Assembly: GCA_951406725.2 (NCBI GenBank)
Contig: OX597815.1
Coordinates: 206,708,001-206,772,000, forward strand
Origin: Octopus vulgaris
Lineage: Eukaryota
Length of the DNA: 64,000 nt
Direction of reading: 5' to 3'
Shown here: piece after piece, positions 51,931 through 64,000 of the stretch
Numbering within the stretch: the first letter of the stretch is position 1
Layout: every line of letters begins with the position of its first letter
The notes under the pieces: model-generated
Databases searched by the model: none
The model's input: the letters and a program-made list of their open reading frames with translations, nothing else
Told to the model about the DNA's origin: nothing
Position numbers and translations under genes: made by a program

Positions 51931-52178
51931 AAACATTACGTTATATAATTAGGGTTCAGTAAAAAAAATTACTTTACCACACACCGAACTTTCAGAAATA
52001 GCAGCCAAAGAATTTAGCTATTTCCTCTACTATAAGAGGTAAAGTAAATTATTTTACTGAACCCTAATTATATAACGTAATGTTTTAAATATACCGTAAA
52101 TGGTCTTTTTACATACTGAACACTACTTGGTAAAATTATTAATTAATAATTAATTAATTTTACCCTTATTGTCTTTAT

Positions 52179-52248
<70 letters not shown>

Positions 52249-52409
52249 CATTATGATTAGGGTTCTGCTAATTGCTTCACCGCATACCGAATCTAGAAAT
52301 AGGAGTTAAAAATTCCTTTTCCCTTCTTTCCTGAGCGTCCAATAATACTTTATTTGTTCCACATCCTCGCGTTGTTGTCTTTTTGTTTTCTTGTTTGGAT
52401 TAACTTTTT

Positions 52410-52440
<31 letters not shown>

Positions 52441-52596
52441 CATTATGATTAGGGTTCTGCTAATTGCTTCACCGCATACCGAATCTAGAAATAGGAGTTA
52501 AAAATTCCTTTTACTGCTACTATAAGAATCTCAATAATGGTGAACATACTTTTTTACGAAGGCAAAGAGAAAAACAATGAATCAACTCGACCAGGA

Positions 52597-52669
<73 letters not shown>

Positions 52670-52909
52670 GCTTATCGTGTTAATGGAAAGAGAAAGTATG
52701 TTAACGTTTCGGATGCTAGTCCGTAATCTGAAGACAAAGCGATTCATAGAGGAGGGAAGAGAAATAATCAGTGAAACACAATCGAGTGAAGGGTTAGAAA
52801 CCAGGCGGGAATGCTGTTTTATGGGGGTGTAGTTGAGATGGGAGGAATGGACGGGAAATAGATATAAGACAGAAATAGTGTGTGTGTGTGTTTGTGTGTT
52901 AGTGTAGTG

Positions 52910-53111
52910 CAGTGCTTTTCAACCTTTTTGCTGGAGCGGAACCCCAAGAAAGCATTTCACTGGCTCGAGGAACCCCTGTGCAATAATTTAGTTGTCTTAT
53001 GCACACATATCTTGCACAGGAGAATTAAAAATTACTGTAGATTTTAGCATTTTTGTATCTCCTTGCGGAACCCCTGGACTGTACTGGCGGAACCCTGGTT
53101 GAAAACCACTG
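52910..53111. mobile_element. hAT (Charlie-like) MITE
   Basis: TIRs CAGTGCTTTTCAACC / GGTTGAAAACCACTG; 8-bp TSD GTGTAGTG / GTGTAGAG. Confidence 0.88.
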
Positions 53112-53238
53112 GTGTAGAGTGTAGAAGTGTACAAAGTATATTGGGGCTGGTTAGCGTGTGTAGAGTGTTGATGGGTGACTGTGTGTGTGTAATCGGTAGT
53201 TAGCTGGTAGGAGAGCGCAATTGTTAGGAAGAACGTGT

Positions 53239-53314
<76 letters not shown>

Positions 53315-53586
53315 AATTGTGTCTGTAAGTCAGTGGATGCCAAACGTTCTTGGATAATACTAATGGTTTCAAATGTTGGTACAAGGCCAGCAATTTCGGA
53401 GGAGGAGTTAAGGCGATTACATCGACCCCAGTGCTCAACTGATCTTTAATTTATCGGCCCCAAAAGGATGAGAGGAAAAGTTAACCTCGGCAGAAATTGA
53501 ACTCGGAAATTAAAAACGAAGGACATGCCGATAAGTATTTTGTCTGGCGTGCTAACGATTGTGTCAGGACGCCGCAATATTTTTCA

Positions 53587-53594
53587 GTAATAAT

Positions 53595-53640
<46 letters not shown>

Positions 53641-53681
53641 TTAGTAGTAGTAGTAGTAGTAGTAGTAGTAGCAGCAGCAGC

Positions 53682-53727
<46 letters not shown>

Positions 53728-53773
53728 GTAATAATATTAAAAAAGTAGTAGTAGTAGTAATAATAATAATAAT

Positions 53774-53824
<51 letters not shown>

Positions 53825-53910
53825 TATTATTATTATTATTACAATAATAATAATAGTAATAATAATAATAATAATAATATTAATAATAATAATAATAATA
53901 ATATTAAAAA

Positions 53911-53951
<41 letters not shown>

Positions 53952-53973
53952 ATAATAATAATGATAATAATAA
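53587..53973. repeat. (TAA)n/(TAG)n compound microsatellite
   Basis: Direct reading; lies between two family-2 SINE fragments. Confidence 0.96.
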
Positions 53974-54334
53974 TCCTTTCTTCTATAGGCACAAGGCCTG
54001 GAATTTGGTGGGTAGGGAGCTAGTGGATAATAAATAATTCTGGAGTACTTTGCTTGGAATATGAAAATAAACTACGCTACAATGTTTAAAAATCTAGAAA
54101 AGAACAACAGAAACTTAGAGCTTTTATTGATTGTTAATAATGTTTGTATGCAATAAATATATACAGACAATTTAAATAACATTTTACAATTATGGGGTTT
54201 TTTGAAGCATTAATTTATAATTCTTCTTTATTCAAATGGCGTTGTATCTCGGTACAAGCGAACGCATCGCAGGACCAGCTGACGGCACGAGCGAATCTGG
54301 CAGACGACCGCTGCGTCACGTGCCAGAATATGTA

Positions 54335-54745
54335 TGCGTGGCGTTCGTGTGTGTGTGTGCGTTCGTGTGTGCGTGCGTTCGTGTGTGTGTGTGCGTGGCG
54401 TTCGTGTGTGTGTGCGTACGTTCGTGTGTGCGTGCATTCTTGTGTGCGTGGCGTTCGTGTGTGTGTGCGTACGTTCGTGTGTGCGTGCGTTCTTGTGTGC
54501 GTGGCGTTCGTGTGTGTGTGTGTTCGTGTGTGTGTGGCGTTCGTGTGTGCGTGGCGTTCGTGTGTGTGTGTGTTCGTGTGTGTATGCGTTCGTGTGTGCG
54601 TGCGTTCTTGTGTGCGTGGCGTTCGTGTTGTGTGTGTGTGTGTTCGTGTGTGAGTGGAGTTCGTGTGTGTGTCCGTTCGTGTGTGCGTGCGTTCGTGTGC
54701 GCGCGTGCGTTCTTGTGCACCTGCGTCCGTGCGCGAGTGCGTGTG
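54335..54745. repeat. CpG-rich degenerate minisatellite, unit ~GCGTTC(GT)n
   Basis: About 25 GTTCGTGTGT / GGCGTTCG variants in tandem. Confidence 0.9.
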
Positions 54746-55181
54746 CACTTAAATGGAATGCCAAAAGAAAACGTGGACATTTCTTGACTTGAGTCCTGCT
54801 TACTTCACAATGTTACGAAGGCGAGCGTGCGAATTCGAGAGGGCGGTCGGTTGCTCGGATCGGACATTAGGAAGTTCATCCAGTTTTTAGCAGTTTTAAT
54901 TATTTAGGAGGAAATTCGTTACGCCTACAGGAGATCATCAACAGTACGCTCCGATATTTCCTCTATTCATTCCATCCGCCTCTCATTATCACAATATAAC
55001 AAAAATGTGTTAGAAATCATTGTCATTAATGTAATTAACACCCACCACTCTCCCTCTCTCTTTCTTTGTTTCTATTTGCACCCCGCCACACACACAAACA
55101 CGCACACACATATGCAAATATACAGATGCATATATGCATAAACATTTGCATACGTACATTCAAGCACAAACATATATGCCT

Positions 55182-55238
<57 letters not shown>

Positions 55239-55319
55239 TATATATTAATATATATATATAATTATGCGTATTATATATGTGCATATTATATATATATTTA
55301 TATGCATGTACACATATGC

Positions 55320-55354
<35 letters not shown>

Positions 55355-55413
55355 ATCCAAATATGAAAACACAAAGAGAAAACACAACAACGCGAGGACA
55401 TGGAACAAGTATA

Positions 55414-55645
55414 TATTTCTTTACTACCCACAAGGGGCTAAACATAGAGGGGACAAACAAGGACAGACAAACGGATTAAGCCGATTACATCGACTCCAGT
55501 ACGTAACTGGTACTTAATTTATCGACCCCGAAAGGATGAAAGGCAAAGTCGACCTCGGCGGAATTTGAACTCAGAACGTAACGGCAGACGAAATACCGCT
55601 GAGCATTTCGCCCGGCGTGCTAACGTGTCTGCCAGCTCGCCGCCT
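55414..55645 (-). mobile_element. SINE family 2 inserted into a family A element
   Basis: Full-length copy; ~17-bp TSD GAC(A/G)TGGAACAAGTATA. Confidence 0.9.
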
Positions 55646-56298
55646 GACGTGGAACAAGTATAGTGTTATTGGACGCTCAGGAGTGAGAGAGGGAGAAAGA
55701 AAAAAGATGGAGGGAAAAGAGAGAGAGGAATGGGAAAGAGAGGGTAAAGTAAGAAGAAAGAAGTATCGGCTCTAATAGTTAACTGGTACTTTACTTATCG
55801 ACCCCGATAAAATGAAAGACACTGCAAACATCGGAGTGATGGCAACTGTTTGAGTGAAGTGAGTCGGAATAAATAGAGCAAGGCATTTTATTCGGTACTC
55901 TGACGACTCTCCCAACTTACATTATAAGCACTCAATACGGAACTCCTTCAGAGAAGAAGCAGCTAGACGAAGAAAGGTTGGAACAAACGCATACACACTC
56001 GGACATACGCAGTGACATACCAATACACCCCATATGTCTGTCTGTCTGTATTTATATGTATATATATATATATATACACACACACACATGTGTGTGTATT
56101 TGTATGTATGTATGTACGTATGTAAATGTATATACATATACACACGCGCACACATACATATAAAGGTATACTGTATACATATATACACAGGTGCGTATAT
56201 ATATGCACGTATATATGTATGCATATATATAGAGACATATAGATAGACAGAGAGGCAGATATATCAATGTGTGTATTTATGTATATAAATATATATGT

Positions 56299-56361
<63 letters not shown>

Positions 56362-59242
56362 CATAATAAATATATACATAATAAATATACATATGTATAT
56401 AAATTACGTATCTATTTATTAATATGATTCTTTCTCTTTATCTTTGTGTGTGTGTATGTGTGTGTGTGTGTATAGATAGTTGAATGTACTGGTGTGTTTA
56501 TGTGTATTATACATACAAAAAAACATATATACACAATAAAAAAAGGGTAATACAAAGAGGAAGGAAAATAACTAGTCATGCAGAAGGTGACGGATTCCTG
56601 ACATCTCTATGTGAGATGAGTTATCTATAATGAACCCAAGATAAACCAGTGCTTATTTAAAGAATTATCAGTAATATTTACACAAAGCTATGATAGGAAT
56701 GGCAAACTAAAGATTTTAACATTTACCCCTGGTTGCTCCCAAATAAATGTTTTTTCTTTCATAATAATACAGTTTGTCTCTCTCTTTCTTTTTATGTTTC
56801 TGTCCTTATTTTTTTATTATTTTTATTATTATTCTTTATTATTTTTCCTTCTGTCGTGACTCAATTTGTGGTTATGTAGCAAAGTCTGGCCTTTCGGTTC
56901 ATGAATAAACACTACTTTAGTTCTGAACAACTTCAGGTTTTGCCAAATTCCTAAGTGCAACCGATGATAGCTTACTGGCTAAACATACGGTACAGGGCAG
57001 TTGCTGCACCCACAGGCAATAGCTTTCACTCAAGGTGCCATCCAACCGGGTGGAAAATATCCCTTCACCACAAGCGTACTGTAACCACTACTAGAGCAGA
57101 ATACACAATCGAGAGTGCCCCTTTGTCTCCTCTACTGATCCTTTTCCTTAACATGTAGATTTGGACATGTACGCTTGTATGATGTACTCTTTTATTCTTT
57201 CGACATCTCCTCTCTTGATTCTTTTCCCTCGCAAGCACTAGCAGAGCTGAATACACCGACATGATATTTCCCTCTTCTGTCTCCTTGATCGATTATACAA
57301 ATATATTCTGCTCGTCTAATCGATTTAACAGTCAACCACCATTATCTAAATTCATCCGACTGACCGTTCCCATTTTAATCGGGCCTATTACGACCTTTTT
57401 CTAGACCCGATTCCAAGCACACTGAACTACAGTCATCTGCAACTCCCTAACTGTGGACGTTGCTGTTAATTGTTTCAGACCCCTACGTCAGCTATTATCA
57501 GACTTACGATCGGAAGTAATCCAGCTGTATCCACTCTCGCAAAATATATCTAAGAATATCTCAATCCATTTTTAAGACAACAGACTGTGATTAGAGGGAA
57601 ATTAGCCTGATCGTATACCATCTATTAAAGCAGAAACCCCCCCCCCCCAAAAAAAAAGAACATCTTTACAAACTTACTCAGAGTTTCACTTGAACGTTCG
57701 GTGGACTGTTGTGATTACACTCTATGATAAATACATAACAATTTAGTAGATAAAAATATACCTACAAAATAGCAGACATAAAGAATCAATTCATCAAACA
57801 CAAACGCATAGAAATTTTACGGTAGGAGTTGTAGTTTTCAAACTGTGTGCCGATCTATTTACAATTTCATTAAACACAAGTGTAAAAATGAACACTTCCT
57901 TCTCCAAGCCTAGATTCGAAACCGAATCTAAGAATTCTCAGTCGTCCAAACCACCACGATCAACAGGCGCGAAAAAAGGTTTTCTTTGTCCTGTCAAAAA
58001 GTGATTGATTATCTCCCTTTGACCATCGACCTCAGCCATGTCAGGCGAAAATCAAATGGACAGGAGCTGACCTATTTAGGTACAAACCCTGCTGCAGTAT
58101 GTCTGTCGTTCTAGCTGCCACGATTATTATAAATACCGTGATCAACAGACAGACAGGGGAAGAAAGGCCTAGCAGGCAAACGGGAAAGGTCTACGACGAC
58201 AGGTTTTGAATGACCGTAGAGACCCGAGAGAAATGTTCAAACTACGCACACTTACACACACACACAAACATATTCATTTCAGATGTACCCTGTTTCTATT
58301 TAATAATAATAATAATAATAATGAAATTATTGTATACAGTGCTCAGGTGCACCATAACTTCTCAGAAAGTGCGTATAAAGTGTATGCAGTAATGTACAAA
58401 TGCCTGGGAAGTGAACAATGTATGAGTCAGATACATGCTTGTCAGATACATGTATTTCTAGCAACTCGTAGCAGTTGTCAACATTTTGCATTCAGTGAGG
58501 AATTATGTGTACCAACGACAAATGAAGTCCAGTGAATAAATTATTTTTAACTATTTTTTCTTTTGCATCAGTTCACCATGATACCCACACAACCACTACA
58601 CAAGTACAAGGCAACAAACCAGCAGAATCATTAGCAGATTGGACAAAAATTCTTAGCGGAATTTTGTTCGTCGCCATGTTCTGGGTCCAAATTCCTGCCG
58701 AGGTGACTTTGCCTTTCAGTATGAAACTAAGATCGATCAAACCAATAGCTCTCTCCTCCAAGATTTTAGACATTTTGTCTATAGTAGAAAACTTTATACA
58801 CAAGAATGATCAACAACACAGATTAAGCCATAATTTTCTATTATAAATTGTTAAAAATAAATTTCTACCTTTATAACATTATTGCTTTTATTACGAAGTC
58901 ATCCAATATTTTTTTTTAATTTGATCAAAAGTGTACGACAAAATCATTACAAATCATTGCAAAGCACTAACTTAATGTTATGTCAGACAAACTGCTTATA
59001 GCCATGTTCAATGATCAAATTAACAGCAACACAGATCTCTTGTTTACTACAAACTATATTGCCGAATATTATAGACGTGAAACTAAGCTATCGACCACAG
59101 ATTCACACTATGCATATGTATGTAAGTATGTATGTATGTATGTATGTATGTATGTATGTATGTATGTATGTATGTATTTTTGTAAGTATGTATGTAAGTA
59201 TGCATGTATGTCTGTATGCATGTATGTATGTATGTAAGTTTG

Positions 59243-59273
<31 letters not shown>

Positions 59274-59346
59274 GTATGTATGTATGTAAGTATGTATGTA
59301 TGTATGTAAGTATGTATGTATGTATGTATGTATGCATGTATGTATG

Positions 59347-59379
<33 letters not shown>

Positions 59380-59393
59380 ATATATATGTGAGT

Positions 59394-59420
<27 letters not shown>

Positions 59421-59424
<4 letters not shown>

Positions 59425-59740
59425 CGCTAACATCGGTCTACAACAAGTAACCTTAGATGCCAAGAACATCTCTAAGTATTCTTGCTGTCCCTAATCACGG
59501 TTTTCTGGAGCGCTGCTAAACTAGGTTTTATGCCTATTTTCTCTATCCACCTGTTCAAATCTTTAAGGATGGTTCCTAATGCACTTATAACTACAGTGAT
59601 GCATTTTACCCACACTTTTCATAATCCCTGTAACTCAGTTTCTCGGTCCTTGTATTCTGCTATTTTCTCTACACCTCTCAGATTGACTTCCTCATCATTT
59701 GGGACTGTAAAATCAATAAGCTGGCACTTTCTTTCAGATA
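59421..59740 (-). mobile_element. R4/Dong-like RLE retrotransposon 3' fragment (different family)
   Basis: RKCQLIDFTVPNDEEVNLRGVEKIAEYKD..ELQGL*KV..KCITVVISALGTILKDLNRWIEKIGIKPSLAALQKTV. Confidence 0.78.
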
Positions 59741-60602
59741 AGGTATGAATAGGAAAGGGATTCCAGCAGCAGGTCGATGATTATGAAAGGACGGTCTGGA
59801 TGTAGTGATTACTGCAGGACTCGCCGGAGAAAAAAAATAAAGACAGTGATGAGAAGAGGAGAGGTGAGTACAACAGAAATATCTGAGTGAAGGTGATATG
59901 AACCGAGCCATATTTACTGAGTAGAAACCATTTATTATAGAAGCGATAGAAAAAGACAGAGAAGGGAGACCGAGCATCTTTGGGTCAGAGGCTACAGCGT
60001 ATGTTAATCATGCTACACTTTTCTGGTCGAGGATGTGTCGAGGATGTCTGTATGCACAGCTACAACAACCCTCTCCCAGATATAAGAGCAAGACTTCATT
60101 TTGATTCAAAGCAGTACTTTGTATCAATAATGCTTATAAGATTAAATATTTACTGTCCTGAAGAAATGGAATGTAGTCAGAGCCATGTAAATCGTTGCTC
60201 TCTCCGTGAGAAATTCTTGGCGAGAGCAAGATCTGACAATTGCATCAATTTTAAGTGTTTAAGTTGCCGTTGCATACTGATCTTGATTAAGATAGTGCCT
60301 CTGTGTTTATATTTGTGTGTGGATGTGTGTGTGTGTGTGTGTTCAGGGTGTGTGTAAGAGTGTAGAGTGACGATTTTTTTTATTTGAATGGCTTTTGAAT
60401 TTTTGTTGCTGTTGAAAGAGACAAAATTATTTCTTCGACAGCTCTGTTCATGGAATCAGTGTGTGTTCAGCGTGTGGTGACTAGATTCCTCTGCACGACT
60501 AGAGAGGAATAAAGTCTAGTGTCATCTGGACACGAATGAGTGCTGTTGGACGTGGCAGCAAGTACGGTATCCATATATAGAAGAAAGAGAGGATGAATGA
60601 AT

Positions 60603-60669
<67 letters not shown>

Positions 60670-62239
60670 TATGTGTGTGTGTGTTCGTGCGTATGTGTGT
60701 GTGAGTATTTGATAGACATTATAAATTAGATTCTGTGTCGGCTGCATTGATACCAGTACATTTATTTTACCAGTCGGTATTGAAGGTGTGTTTCACAAAA
60801 ATGACTGCAACGCAAGAACAGCAACCAGTATAAGAGTAAATTTAATCGGTCTGAAATTAGCGCATATAATTAGAGCATATAATACTAGCTGATATACCAG
60901 TAGTACATATTGTAAGAATATCAGAATTATGAGAAGCCAAGTTGACCTTGTCCCGATTCGAAATTGGAATTCTAGGCCGGCGAGTTTAATCTCTATTTAG
61001 ATTTGTCGGCTGCCTTCGATTTCCGTTAACAACTGCGCTGAAATTCTATTAATGCTTCAGCACTTATAATGTTATATGTAATCTGAAAAGACAGCTTTAT
61101 ATTTTCGTTAAACTATTGGTACTGAAAATTATCTGATCGTTAAACTTTCATGTTCGTTTAAACGTAAATATAATCGCTACAGTTATTTTCTTTGAATGAT
61201 TAACTAGTTTGTTAAACATCCATGACGCTCTCTCGTTCCTATGTAATAATTCTTATAATTTAAAATTTAGATATATAAAATTACAGTGAAGCCATTCGCA
61301 AAACTGTCACAGATTTTAAATACGCATGTATAAATTTATTTTTGAATCTTTGCCTTAAGGATAACTGTGTCTCACGCGGCGAGATGTTTTACTTATCTTG
61401 AAACGTTAATGACCCTAGATTTTGTCACTAAACATCGTTTGCTTGATGATGTTTCATATCAATTAGGCAAAGACAGATCGTTATCGTACATATATACGGT
61501 CTGACATGCTCTCGATCTCTCGAATTATTATGGTGTATTTCCCTTCTATAATGAAATCATAGCCAAGTGATACAGTGAACAAAATTATTTTATATTTAAG
61601 TATTCTGGTTTCCTTTCTCAATTTCATCGCCATCCTGGTTAAACTGGTTTCTTTTACGTTTCCATATCTCCGGTTTTTTAGCTATTGCTTCAGATAATTA
61701 TATTTCAGTAAGCTAATCTTTTTTTCTATTCACGCCTTTTCTTGCTTTTTTCTTTCCTCCTTTCTTTACATCCAAGCCTCCTTCTTTCCTTCTTCTTTCC
61801 TCTTTTGCATATCATGTACTATTGATAGCGATAAGCAAGAAAAAGCATCCTGTTTTGATTCTTTCATACACATATTTCGTTAAAATAAAAGTATATTTAT
61901 ATTTAACCCGAATTCATTTTACTCCCCGGCCATCTACCACCACCGCAGTGGATAGACGCCGTTTGTTGGAAGCATGAACCATCATTGTTCGTTTGTCGTT
62001 CGGCTTAGTATTAGCATTTTCAACACCATTTTTTATTCGTTATTATTATTTACTTTATTTTTTCATTTTGCATTTCTTCCTCTCCCATTTCTTCCCCGTC
62101 TACCGCATATGCCTTTAATTTGACTCATTTGTTTCCCTTTATTCAACCCTACGTCTTGCACACACACGCGCGCACACACATTTACATATATATACATATA
62201 TATGTAAATATTCATATATATGCTTGTATGTACACACAC

Positions 62240-62287
<48 letters not shown>

Positions 62288-62294
62288 TTTTTTA

Positions 62295-62527
62295 CACTTT
62301 TACTTGTTTCAGTCATTTGACTGTGGCCATGCTGGAGCACCGCCTTTAGTCGAGCAAATCAATCCCAGGACTTATTCTTTGTAAACCTAGTACTTATTCT
62401 ATCGGTGTCTTTTGCCGGACCGCTAAGTTACGGAGACGTAGACGCATCAGCATCGGTTGTCAAGCGATGTTGGGTGGACAAACACAGACACACAAACATA
62501 TTATGCATACATACATACATACATACA

Positions 62528-62573
<46 letters not shown>

Positions 62574-62864
62574 GCTTTGAAAAACTGTATTGGCTATGAT
62601 TAGTGAAATTTTGGTAGTAATGACTTATGTCCCTCTTAGTGTGAGGCATTTATGTGTAATAATGCCCTCTATATAGTTTATATATATATATATATATATA
62701 GACGACGGGCTTCTTTCAGTTTCCGTCTACCAAATGCACTCACAAAGCTCTGGTCGGTCGAGGCTATAGTAAAGACACTTGCCCAAGGTGCCACGCAGTG
62801 GGACTGAACCCGGAACCATGTGGTTCGTAAGCAAGCTACTTACCACACAGCCACCCCTGCGCCT
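62295..62864 (-). mobile_element. SINE family 1 with a ~105-bp insertion in its internal (TA)n
   Basis: Both SINE halves colinear with 8596-9035; extra block 62574-62680 sits between TA runs. Confidence 0.88.
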
Positions 62865-64000
62865 ATAAACAAAATATTTTGACCTGCTAGAAATAGTAGC
62901 CAAATTTCCAACAAATCACACACCGTAGCGTCTTCAAATATAAGGACACAGAAAACGTATGGTTCTTGATGCACAAAAAAATGACTTCGGATGCAACTTC
63001 TTTTAATCATAAGTTTGTTCGATCAGACTGGCTTAAATATTGACATCATCAACTCTCCTCCCAAAAAGAACGTCTACTTAGTTATTGAAAGTGCAAGAAA
63101 TAGCAGCTTAAACTTACTCAAAACACACCTTATTATAGTAATTATGACACTGTTGAATAATTGCTTGTTTTGGAATAGGCAACAACAACCACAACACAAT
63201 AATAACAACAAAGTCATCATCATCACCATCATCATCATCAACCTTTAAGAAGTAGCTGCCATGTATCCATTAACAACCTCTCCCAGATCAACAAAGGCCT
63301 TAGAATTTTAAAACCGTTTGATTTTGCAAAAACCCGTTGCTTATATATACGTTGCGACATTATGAACTTATCTATCCGTAACATCGAATTTCGAGACATA
63401 ATTATTTACAAAACTACAAGAGTATATATATTCAAAAGCAAGCACAAATGTACACACACTCATATATTTACACACAAAATTGCTGTAGGCTCAAATACAA
63501 AGCAATTTGGAAACAAATTTGACGTATAAACATGCGAAACAAACTAACACAATTACTACAAACATACCTACATCTTACAAACATCAGAGCAGCTAAAAGA
63601 TAAATGAATTGAGACAGGCATACATATGTACATATACATGCACGAACATGAATACACACATACACACGAAGTGGCACTATCTTTAAAAGCTTTCTGTTGT
63701 TGCTGACATTCTCGACCTTATTTTACGTTAATCGCAATGACATAGGTCAAATTGCTAGGCTAATAATCCGATTCTTCTTATCGGTGACAAGTCGTTAATC
63801 ATTCACCACTCCTCATATTCATTCCAGCAAAGTATTAAAACATTCATAGAACCTAACCCGAATTAACCAGAATTACTTACGTACCAGAATTTTGCGTGGT
63901 CTTTCGACCTTCAAGAAGTAGCTGCCATCTATCCATCAAACCACACCCTTATATTAAAAATAAAGAAAAAAAAAAACAACAACAAGAAAACAAAACAAGC

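Noticed and set aside
59980-60357. 125-aa ORF and other unique-sequence ORFs as host exons
   Set aside because: No recognisable domain or supported splice structure; small exons cannot be excluded without RNA data.

Overview
AT-rich, repeat-dominated eukaryotic DNA. The SINE/Helitron/microsatellite repertoire looks like an octopod cephalopod (Octopus-like) genome; this is recognised from memory, not verified. No host gene could be supported, and almost all ORFs in the track are microsatellite or SINE artefacts. The one long intact coding sequence is a Penelope-like retroelement (PLE; RT + C-terminal GIY-YIG, Neptune-type Cys linker) at 11218-14206. It is 5'-truncated, embedded in (TA)n, and carries a minimal hammerhead ribozyme (HHR) with a U3:A8 core variant near its 3' end. 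The main finding is a set of short non-coding elements from several unrelated families, each with a minimal type-I hammerhead (palindromic, dimer-type stem III) and mostly abutting (TA)n or other microsatellites. They include a ~532-bp terminally redundant retrozyme-like unit with a fully canonical core (28221-28858) and a tRNA-headed element with a hammerhead relic. Together they suggest an autonomous PLE plus non-autonomous ribozyme-bearing dependants targeted to microsatellites. A candidate HDV-like ribozyme marks the 5' end of an RTE-type 5' UTR (38364-38441, -). The rest is four tRNA-derived SINE families (two tandem arrays), five non-autonomous Helitrons plus a PIF1 relic, CR1, RTE, R4/Dong-, HERO- and Tx1-type LINE fragments, a Chapaev3-like transposase relic, hAT/mariner/foldback MITEs, a solo LTR and many microsatellites.
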